A stretch of DNA of 40,942 nt, from NCBI GenBank assembly GCA_020536535.1, contig JAHLWZ010000936.1:1-40942 (forward strand), read 5' to 3'. Within the stretch, counting starts at the first letter, position 1. Each line of letters opens with the position of its first letter. Source of the stretch: Pelomyxa schiedti (taxonomy: Eukaryota > Protista > Evosea). Below the pieces are notes generated by a model. The model made no database searches. It was not told where the DNA came from and saw nothing but the letters and a program-made list of their open reading frames with translations. The position numbers and the translations under genes were made by a program. This document shows positions 1 to 8,522 of this stretch, one piece after another.

Positions 1-2
1 TT

Positions 3-419
3 TGTGCAGTTTACGAAGAAATCAGAGGGCAAAGTGTGTACAACACTGAGTCCAAGAAAATCCACACGTTCAAACCAAAAAGTTATGTGCAGTGCCTCAG
101 CCCCACCATCATTGCAGTCAACACCAACGAGCTATACCACACTGCCAACCTCAACACACCCTGCCAGAGAATCACCAACTTTGGGTCGTCACGTATCATC
201 ATGCAAATGCAACAAGTTGGAGGAATTCTGGTGTGGGAGTCTGAGGGGGAAAATTGTGAGACTATACATCAATCAGCCTTTGGGCAGCTTCACCAGACCA
301 TCATAACAACCTTAGCCACAAGAAGGTATGTCATCACTGATGCTGAGACTGCCACTCGCTTGGCTGTTCTCAATTATGGCCTCACGTTAGGTCAGGAAAA
401 AGTGTTTTGCTTTCATTGA
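3..419 (+). CDS. 3' end (5'-truncated) of a member of the intronless beta-rich expanded family
   Basis: Open from the window edge. Motifs 'YNTESKKIHTF', 'YHTANLNTPC' and 'ITDAETATRLAVL' align with 'YNTKTQAKHIF', 'YHTSDLGTYC' and 'LHDALTGLVLATL' of 4433..5812 and with equivalents in 3147..4355. Confidence 0.7.
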   Translation, partial: CAVYEEIRGQSVYNTESKKIHTFKPKSYVQCLSPTIIAVNTNELYHTANLNTPCQRITNFGSSRIIMQMQQVGGILVWESEGENCETIHQSAFGQLHQTIITTLATRRYVITDAETATRLAVLNYGLTLGQEKVFCFH

Positions 420-478
420 TACCTGATCACCCGCCAGCAAAACGACAAAAGTTTTTTTGTAACGCGCGGTTCGCTGTT

Positions 479-2671
479 TTACAGTCGCCACTGGCCACGA
501 AAAATCCTTCTTGGAGGGCTTATTTCCTCGAGTGTGAGTCCCAGCATCTTGATGGAAACCATCACGTGAAGGGGTGAGAAACACACAAAGGACTCGAAGT
601 GTTGCATGGCAAATGGCCCTGTAATCTCGGGGAACGCACGCAGAAGCATCCTCCACGTGGTCACGTTAATGCACACACCTGTCTTGATCGTTTGTGGCAC
701 CATAGTCACCACCTTTGGTTGTGTGAGTGAAATGTATTGTTCGTGATGGATTTTACCTCACTCAAAGTCACGTGGAATGTGTGAATCAACCACTCTGCAC
801 AGCCTGGCTTGTTGCTTGAAATCAACTCCCCCAGCAAGTGGTTGTTGTTTGATTTCACTTGCTCTGCATTCAAATGGAAGTGTTGTATCAACCACTTCAC
901 AACTTTGCCTGATTGGACGTAACCAAGCTTCGACAACCCCTCCACAACGTCGCGCACTGAGAACTGCACATCAGGCAACATGAACTTCTGGGCTTGTGAG
1001 ACGTCACAGAAATAAACAATGCTGGAGACAGCCTGAGCCTTGTCAAAGCTTCTCCTGGAAACATCAAACTTCTCCCACAAAAGCAACGCAGTTTCGATGA
1101 ACCCAGTGTTTATCCTGTCAGAAAAACACTCAGTCACCGCCTCTTCACTGATGTTGATCACTGTGCAACGTGAAAGGAACCATTGAACCCCAGCCACGCA
1201 CTCTGTCTCACCTAAACTGCAAATCTTCTTGAAGACGGGCTCCGTCACGCTTGGAATCGTGTTGACGTGGTCCATCACATGGAATTTCCTTTCAAGCCAG
1301 TCTGCAACTGCTGTGTTATTGTGGCAAAGTGATCCCACAAGGCAATCAACGACCAGGGGTGGAGTGAGTGGTTGTGCCAGTTTCATAAAGAGGAGTTCCA
1401 CCAATGAGACAGAGTCACTCCTGTTTCCACATGCCAAATTGAATAGATCAACGGTGACAGAACCAACAGTGTTGGAATAGTTTTCCAACAACCACTTGAC
1501 GAGGTACTCATCTGCAAGGCATGTGCACGCAAGGTACAGCTCATCTTTTGTTGGCTTGATTGTGAGGTTTTCAATGGCCCACTTGAGACCCTTCACATTT
1601 ACATTAACAAGGGGATTGAGGTGGCTCATCCTCTTCAATGAGAATTTTCCCAGAATCCAGGTGCATCCCTCTTTCAATAGAGAGTCACTTTCACTTGACG
1701 AAGAAGAGTACTCCACAAAGCGGAAAAGCACACTTGTCGGCAACTGTGGGACCTTTTTTCCATCACCAAAGAAAAGATCAGTGCAAAACTTCATGACTTC
1801 CAAACTCGGACTGGCAATGAATTCCCCAAGGTGTGGGTCATAACCAGTACCAACAAGCTTTGTGCAAGCATCAATGACTCCGGTGGTGGAAGCCAACCAT
1901 TTCACCACATCGAGATGTCCCCACCTCACAGCCGCGTGGAATGGCATTGGCAGCTCCCAAGGCTCAGTGCCCACACCACGGAACTTTGACATCACCCACT
2001 TGACAACATCCAGGTTCCCTCCCTTGCATGCGAGATACAACACACTATGTGGGCTAGCACCACTATTAGGCACTTCCCTGATGTCATCAATCAAGTTTGG
2101 GTCACCCCTTGGCCACCTCAACAGGCTGCAGCCACTCCACGGCCCATCGTCACCACCATCACCATCACCGTCAACAAGTTGCTTTGCCATCTCAAGATGT
2201 CCTCCTGTCAAGCAATTAATCCTTGAAACTTTCTTTCGATCATTGTATAGTAAGTATACTACACACTATACACGCACCAGCACACAGCCCCCTGAGCACA
2301 GCGAGGCACTCCTTCCTGTTGTTCCTCCTCCTCGTCGTGGCCTTGTGCCTCAGCGTCCACGTGATGCACCTCGTGCTCCTTGCCGCCCCCGCGCACGACA
2401 GCACAAAGTACCGCGACGTGTGCCTCCGAGCCACCGTCCCACAATTCTCTTCCTTCTCGTCGGGCGGCACGCCTTGCGCGGCGGCGTCGGCGAGGAGCCT
2501 GCACGCGCGGGGAACCAGGGGGAACAGCGCCTCGGCGACGCCCAGCAACCAACGGCATTGTGGGGTGGTGAAACGAACACGACCGCGATTGTGGGACGGC
2601 AGGGCCAACGCGGGCACTATGACGTGGTCCCACACCACTCGCGACACCGTCATTGTCCACGCAATGTCCAT
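479..2671 (-). CDS. Ankyrin-like repeat protein of an expanded family; 3 exons (2671-2278, 2204-757, 712-479)
   Basis: GT-AG introns at 2277-2205 and 756-713 join the ORFs 2240..2674, 706..2211 and 479..712 in frame. Ankyrin-like units 'LACKGGNLDVVKWV' and 'AAVRWGHLDVVKWL'. The full-length paralogue at 20898..23129 has introns at the same two positions. Confidence 0.85.
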
Positions 2672-3146
2672 CACCTTGGGGGGCTTACAATAATGGGTGA
2701 TTGGTATAAGTTGTAAGACAACGTGCGCCGAATGACGATTGTTATATTTATTTGTTGGTATTCAATAAAGAGAAGGGTACCTGTGTTATGTGAAGTAAGT
2801 GTCACTTTTTCTTTTACATTTTCATTGATTTGATGCCAGAGACATCAATGGTGTTAATAATTTTGTACTTACTGTTTGAGAGGCATGTGTCAACCTGTCC
2901 ACAAATTTTACATGATCTCAAATAATTAGATCATAATTATCTCCTTACAGCAGAGTCAGAGTCTCCATCAATCTCGATGACGGAACAGTCACAGGGGTGT
3001 CATTGAGGCATATCGTTTTGTAATGATTACCTTTGTCGGTTTCAAATATGTTTGGTTGGCGTTCCGCCCTGCCAGACATAGTCTCAGCATAAAAACCAAA
3101 GTTGAACGTCTACATAGCAGGAAGGGAATTTTGTTGTGTTCTTCTA

Positions 3147-4355
3147 CTACGAAAGCAGAGAATAGGATTGAGGAGCTGTAACTGTGGCAATGACTGATCC
3201 TGTCAAGGAATCGTGCAGAGCCACAACAGTCTTTCCAGGTGTGTCAGTTTCCACTGGGAGTGGAATGATTCCCGCATTGGCACATTGTTTTCTCACGTGT
3301 GTGGCTGGGAGGGTGCAGAGGGGTTTGGAGAGGTCAGAAACATGGTATGTTGTGCAGGTCCCACAAGGCGGCTTGGTAGTGATGCACAAGGTGTCACCGG
3401 GACCAGTTGGGAACACGTTCCAAGCTGGGAAAGATGTAAGGGTAGTGGTTTCTGTGTTGAACAGGGTGACCTCCTGGCCTTGGTGATCCCGGGACAGAGT
3501 GCACAGTGAACCACCACACCACATGAAGTCCATGTATTCCCTGTCTGGCAACCCAGTGGTCTCACTCAGAACAACAGTGTGATTTTGTGCATAAGAGGAA
3601 AGCAGGTCAATTTGGACTATCTTTGTTGGGCCGTGGCCATCACCCCGAATGAGAACCAGCACGTTCTTGTTGAAAGATCCACAGTGAATGGAACTAGAAC
3701 CAGTTACCAAACGATGATATTCGGAGAGATATCCAAACACCTCAGGGTCAATGTGATAGAAGAGTATATTCCTGAAAGTTGAATACACCATCCACTTTGT
3801 ATTTGCAAGGATTATTGGCCAGCGTTCCACATTAACCATAACGTTATGACGGAGGTGTTCGCCACGGCTGTCAACAATTGACACCTCGTTTCCGGGTTTG
3901 GTGTCGGTCAAAAGAGCCGCAAACAAATGCCTGTCCTCGATTCTCAGAATACCTGTTGTTACAGAGCGGGAGGTACTGGGCGTGACAAGAGGAGACACTG
4001 AAGCCCAGTTGATACACCCCACCAGCGTGGCTCGATTCTCGCCATTTATTGCAAAAACACCACAGTCAATGACACCAAGGGTCGCTGACATCACTATAAA
4101 CACATGCACGTTTCGGGCACAGACGGGATCCGTTCCATCTCGTTCTTGGAATTCCAATGTGAAAGCCAAACGGCGGTCTACGCTTAGAACCCAGCGACGT
4201 GAAAAAGCCGAAAATAGGGCAGTGTCGCGGCTCATGAGCCTTGCGTGGCTCCCCATCCCACAATGATGATGCGCACTCATCCCAAGCGCGGCCACTTGAT
4301 CCACCGCCATGATGCGCCCCCTTATCCCCACGCAGACCCTCTTCTCTTCTGTCAT
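3147..4355 (-). CDS. Intronless expanded-family protein (N-terminal HxxCGxxS motif plus beta-strand-rich, propeller-like body), 402 aa
   Basis: Long ATG ORF. 'DQVAALGMSAHHHCGMGSHAR' and 'RNVHVFIVMSATLGVIDCGVFAI' match 4433..5812. Confidence 0.8.
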   Translation of the reverse strand: MTEEKRVCVGIRGRIMAVDQVAALGMSAHHHCGMGSHARLMSRDTALFSAFSRRWVLSVDRRLAFTLEFQERDGTDPVCARNVHVFIVMSATLGVIDCGVFAINGENRATLVGCINWASVSPLVTPSTSRSVTTGILRIEDRHLFAALLTDTKPGNEVSIVDSRGEHLRHNVMVNVERWPIILANTKWMVYSTFRNILFYHIDPEVFGYLSEYHRLVTGSSSIHCGSFNKNVLVLIRGDGHGPTKIVQIDLLSSYAQNHTVVLSETTGLPDREYMDFMWCGGSLCTLSRDHQGQEVTLFNTETTTLTSFPAWNVFPTGPGDTLCITTKPPCGTCTTYHVSDLSKPLCTLPATHVRKQCANAGIIPLPVETDTPGKTVVALHDSLTGSVIATVTAPQSYSLLS

Positions 4356-4432
4356 TTTTCGTCCCCCTTGATGTCGTTTTCAATCAGAAACGACACAACA
4401 AACTCCTCGAAGAAACGAAACGGCACAGCGCA

Positions 4433-5812
4433 ATGAACACAGATCGAGTCACAGGGAGCACCTACGCGCGGGACCAAGCGGCGGCGCTGGCGACGGCGGG
4501 CCAGGCCAGGTGCGGGGCCGGCAGCCCCGCCCGCGGGCTCGCCCTCGCCCCCTCGCTGGTCTGCGACCTGGCCCGCGCCTGGGTCCTGCCCCTGCACCGC
4601 CACGCCTCCTTCACCCTCACCTTCCAGGAGACCCGCCCGGCCCCCGACGGCAACAAAAGGGACCCCTGCCGCCCCTCACGAGGCAGCAGCGGCACTGACG
4701 ACGAGTGCGACCCCACGTGCAGAAACGTGCATGTTTTTTTGGGTATGTCGCTGACTGACGGAGTGGTGGACTGCGGGGTGTTCACCATAAAAGGCAAGAG
4801 TCTCCCCAAGCGCGCACCTTTGCTGCTTGGGTGCATTCACTGGCCTGATGCCGACACTTCAAGCCGGCTTCGGAATCAACAGCGAGGAAGAAGGGGTGCC
4901 AGGGCCATTCCCAGAGCCCCTAGGTACAGGCCGAGGCCGAATTGCCTGTTCGCTGCACTTGTGGACTCGCGGCTGGCTGTTGTTGACAGCTATGGATCAG
5001 TGGTGATGCGCGATTTGTCTGGAGTATGCGAGGCATGGTCAATCACCAGGGTCAACACCAGGTGGGTGGTGAGCTCCACTGAAAGGAGTGGGAGCATTGA
5101 CATATGGCGAGTTGAGCAGGAGGATGGAAGCTTGTGTGGCCCCGTGACAATTTACCCTGGGGGTGGGCGTGATGGGTCACAATACATCAGTGCTGCTGTG
5201 CTGTCCTGCAAGGTTGATGATGTACTGGTTGTGGTAAAGAGTGATACTGCTGTTTATGTTGACTTGAGTGCGAGCTTCAGGGAGAAATCATTCGTGGTTC
5301 TCAAGGAGATAACTGGGATTCCTGACAACTGCTTTGACTGCTTGTGGTGCGGAGACACACTGTGCACTCTGCACCACAGGAAGAGGAGGGACAACCCTGA
5401 TGATGACGAAGAGGTGATGTGCAACTCAGTGTGCACTCTTCACTACAAGAGGAAGAGGGACAACCCTGGGGATAAGGAGTTTCTATTGTACAACACCAAA
5501 ACACAGGCCAAACACATCTTCCCTCTTGGCTGCATTGTGTATCCAATCACAGGTGTAGATGCACTGTGTTTGCAGCTTCCACTATCTGTGAGGAAGATTC
5601 ACAGTTACCACACAAGTGACCTCGGCACTTATTGTTGCTCTCTGCCGTACTCAAGCGCCGTAAATCCACAGTGCTTCCGGGCTGGAGTGGTTCCTGTTAC
5701 AGAGGAATCCAGCCGCGAACATGATGTGTGTGTTGTCAAACTTCATGATGCCCTAACAGGCTTGGTGCTTGCCACTTTATCTTGCCAATGTCAGGATTCT
5801 TATTTAACCTGA
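4433..5812 (+). CDS. Intronless expanded-family protein, 459 aa
   Basis: Long ATG ORF with 'ARDQAAALATAGQARCGAGSPAR'. Head-to-head paralogue of 3147..4355, 77 nt away. Confidence 0.8.
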   Translation: MNTDRVTGSTYARDQAAALATAGQARCGAGSPARGLALAPSLVCDLARAWVLPLHRHASFTLTFQETRPAPDGNKRDPCRPSRGSSGTDDECDPTCRNVHVFLGMSLTDGVVDCGVFTIKGKSLPKRAPLLLGCIHWPDADTSSRLRNQQRGRRGARAIPRAPRYRPRPNCLFAALVDSRLAVVDSYGSVVMRDLSGVCEAWSITRVNTRWVVSSTERSGSIDIWRVEQEDGSLCGPVTIYPGGGRDGSQYISAAVLSCKVDDVLVVVKSDTAVYVDLSASFREKSFVVLKEITGIPDNCFDCLWCGDTLCTLHHRKRRDNPDDDEEVMCNSVCTLHYKRKRDNPGDKEFLLYNTKTQAKHIFPLGCIVYPITGVDALCLQLPLSVRKIHSYHTSDLGTYCCSLPYSSAVNPQCFRAGVVPVTEESSREHDVCVVKLHDALTGLVLATLSCQCQDSYLT

Positions 5813-5876
5813 AACCATCCATCCCTGTCAATCGAATACTACAATAACTTGTTACCTGATTGATTGCTTTACCCAA

Positions 5877-7130
5877 ATGCACACCAAGCAACTGATTAAC
5901 CACCACCACGCCACGCTAGACGCCCGGCAACAACTGCTGGCATTCGCGACGGGGAGCCACCCCCGCTGCGGGGCACCCAGCCCAGCCCGCCCCCTGTGGC
6001 TCACCGACCCCGGCCTCGCCAGCCACATCCGCGACGCCTGCTGCGTCGGGCCCTGCGGCTGCGCCGGCGGCGGCGAAGTGGGGTTCGTTGTGTGCGGGCG
6101 GCCCGGCAGGGTGTCCCCCACGGCGCTCCTCTTGACGTTCGGGATCTCCCCCGTGCTGCTTGGACTCACACGGGGCCCGCTGGCCGAGCCCGGGAGCCCG
6201 GTGGTGGGGGACAAGGTGCGGCCGGTGGGGGCAGGGGGGCGCAGGGCAGTGGTCGCCACGGGCATGGGGGAGTGGGCCCTGCGGGAGGCCCGCGAGGGCT
6301 TGGGGCTGACCTGGGGGGCCTCTGGGGAGAACACCCAGCTGGGCATGGTTATGAGGAGGGATTTTTTGAGCTGGCCTGCGTGGGAGTATGCAATTGGGAA
6401 CAACGAGAGGTGGATGGTGTGGGCTTCTGGCTCCGAGATCGCAGTGTGCGACCTGATGTGTGCTGACCCTTATGGTTCGAGTGTAAAAGTGAAGTACGGT
6501 GTCGATTCAGTTGGTCACATGTGGCTGCAACACTTAATTTTCTCCAAGTGCATCGTCGATGAGGTGGTACTGTTTCTATCTGCTGAGGGACCAGCAATCT
6601 TAGTATTCATCATCGTGGACTTGCTTAAAACTTCTGCAACGAAAACACTTGTTCTGAAAAGTACCACAACAGCACCACAGAAGAGCCTACCTCACAGCGA
6701 TTTGTCCAAATTCATTGCTGAGGGTGCCAATCTGCACATGAAGAAGTCTGATGGAACTGACGTGCTCATTCTTTTCTTGATCTCCAAGGGCGTTTTTCAC
6801 ATCGAATTGCCCAGTGGAAACGCAACAATTCTTCACCAGGGAGAAAAGTGTGTCCCATCACAACTTGGTGTCACGTTATTTTGCCTCCACGTTCTAAACA
6901 AGCAAAAATTGGAAGTGTGGGACTGCAACAACATCACAGCACCACTGAGGCTCATTGAGGTTCCACATGCTACAGCAAGGGTGATTGGAGCATCAGGGTT
7001 CCTGCTGACCACAATGGGGAACACACTGCAAGTGTCAGAGGCATCATCTGGGTTCGTTGTTCTTTCTCTGGTCCTCAATGTGCCCCAGTTCTTAATTTCC
7101 CAACGTGTTTCGATTGTGTCACAAAACTAA
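5877..7130 (+). CDS. Intronless expanded-family protein, 417 aa
   Basis: Long ATG ORF with 'LDARQQLLAFATGSHPRCGAPSPARPLW'. Close paralogue of 7158..8363. Confidence 0.85.
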   Translation: MHTKQLINHHHATLDARQQLLAFATGSHPRCGAPSPARPLWLTDPGLASHIRDACCVGPCGCAGGGEVGFVVCGRPGRVSPTALLLTFGISPVLLGLTRGPLAEPGSPVVGDKVRPVGAGGRRAVVATGMGEWALREAREGLGLTWGASGENTQLGMVMRRDFLSWPAWEYAIGNNERWMVWASGSEIAVCDLMCADPYGSSVKVKYGVDSVGHMWLQHLIFSKCIVDEVVLFLSAEGPAILVFIIVDLLKTSATKTLVLKSTTTAPQKSLPHSDLSKFIAEGANLHMKKSDGTDVLILFLISKGVFHIELPSGNATILHQGEKCVPSQLGVTLFCLHVLNKQKLEVWDCNNITAPLRLIEVPHATARVIGASGFLLTTMGNTLQVSEASSGFVVLSLVLNVPQFLISQRVSIVSQN

Positions 7131-7447
7131 GTTTTTCTTGTTTATTTTTTTATTCCTCTACATTATTGACCCTCGTTCTGAGATTGCAAATTTAACAACA
7201 TCGAAAGACAGTGTCAGAACAACGAACCCAGATGATGCCTCTGACACTTGCAGTGTGTTCCCAATTGTGGTCAGCAGGAACCCTGATGCCCCAATCACAG
7301 AAGATTGTGGTGGCACTTCAATGAGCCTCAGTGGTGCTGTGATGGTGTTGCAGTCCCAAACTTCAAACAGATGTTTCTCTTCAACATGGAGGCAAAACAA
7401 TGCATGGCTGAGTTGTGACAGTATGCACTTCTCTCCTTGGTGAAGAC
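6831..7447. repeat. Inverted repeat formed by the near-identical 3' ends of two convergent paralogues
   Basis: 6981-7063 equals the reverse complement of 7216-7298 with 2 mismatches in 83 nt. Similarity extends outward to about 6831 and 7447. Confidence 0.9.
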
Positions 7448-8363
7448 CTGTTCTGTTTCCACTTGGCAATTCCATAAAAAAAACACTCATCTTGTGGTGC
7501 AGAATTAGAACGTCAGTTCCATCCCTCTTCCTCAAGTGCAGCTTTTTGCCCACTGCAAAGATATCAGAAAAATTGATTGGCCCATTGTGCTCCACCACAG
7601 TCGTGGAACTAATCACAACAAAGGTTTTCAGTGAGAAAGTCTTCTGGATGTCAACAAGAAGGAAGCTTGAGGAACCCCCATGGTCACTCAACGTCATCAC
7701 AACCTCATCAGGGAGGTATCTGGACCAAATGAGGTACACCAAGTCACAATACAAGTCGACACCAGCACCCAAGTTGTGCCTGACCGCCACCCTCGATTCG
7801 TAAGGCTCCTCACAACACAGGTCGCACACAACCAACTCATCGGACTCTGACCCGGCCCACAACATCCACCTCTCGCTGTTCCCAATTTCCACGGGCGCCT
7901 CGTGCCCTCTCATAACCATAATCCGCCTTTCGGAGGAGGCACCAGCACCTCCGACGACACGGTCGCACAGGAAATAATCACTCAGAGACTTGGACACCAC
8001 GCTGTCCCCGCACTCCCCGACGAGTCGCGCTCTTCGCAGAAACACGTCGGTCCCCTCCCCAACCGTCGCGGGGCGAGTGACCCCCAGCAGCACCGGCGAC
8101 ACCCCGAACGAGACCAGCGGGTACCGCCTCTCCGCCAGGCAGATCCCGCACAGCACGAACGACACGTCGGCGCGGCCTCCGCTGGCGCCGGGCCCGAAGC
8201 AGCACGCCTCGCGGATGTTGTGCCCGACGACGTTGTGGTCGGCGAGCCACAGGGACCGCGCTGGGCTGCGTGCCCCGCAGCGGGGGTGGCTCCCCGTCGC
8301 CAAGGCCAGCAGCTGCTGCCGGGCGTCCAGCGTCGCTGCGTTGTGTGTCGGTAGGAACGCCGT
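7158..8363 (-). CDS. Intronless expanded-family protein lacking an in-frame ATG before the conserved motif (ACG at 8363-8361); non-AUG start or young pseudogene
   Basis: The frame is open from an upstream TAA through 'TAFLPTHNAATLDARQQLLALATGSHPRCGARSPAR' to the stop at 7158. Colinear with 5877..7130. Confidence 0.7.
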   Translation of the reverse strand, partial: TAFLPTHNAATLDARQQLLALATGSHPRCGARSPARSLWLADHNVVGHNIREACCFGPGASGGRADVSFVLCGICLAERRYPLVSFGVSPVLLGVTRPATVGEGTDVFLRRARLVGECGDSVVSKSLSDYFLCDRVVGGAGASSERRIMVMRGHEAPVEIGNSERWMLWAGSESDELVVCDLCCEEPYESRVAVRHNLGAGVDLYCDLVYLIWSRYLPDEVVMTLSDHGGSSSFLLVDIQKTFSLKTFVVISSTTVVEHNGPINFSDIFAVGKKLHLRKRDGTDVLILHHKMSVFFMELPSGNRTGLHQGEKCILSQLSHALFCLHVEEKHLFEVWDCNTITAPLRLIEVPPQSSVIGASGFLLTTIGNTLQVSEASSGFVVLTLSFDVVKFAISERGSIM

Positions 8364-8522
8364 GTTTGTTTGGTTTTCGAAATTTTAAGAAGAAAAAAAG
8401 GTACAGGTAGGAGACTGAAAATTAACACTCTGCTGATACAACTGAACTGGGTCAGGTGGCTTGAGGGTTTGTTTGTTGGTCTGGGGTGGGTGATGGTTGG
8501 CCTGCGGGTTTGTGTTGGGTTC

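Noticed and set aside
2760-3030. Possible spliced gene relic (gtaagt donor, 'RVSINLDDGTVTGVSL')
   Set aside because: No start, continuous frame or recognisable homology could be established.
1862-8428. Many overlapping and antisense ORFs (e.g. 1862..2716, 5852..6403, 7902..8354, and the 5' part of 21005..22867)
   Set aside because: These are shadow frames caused by stop-poor GC-rich 5' islands. Paralogue conservation supports only the annotated frames.
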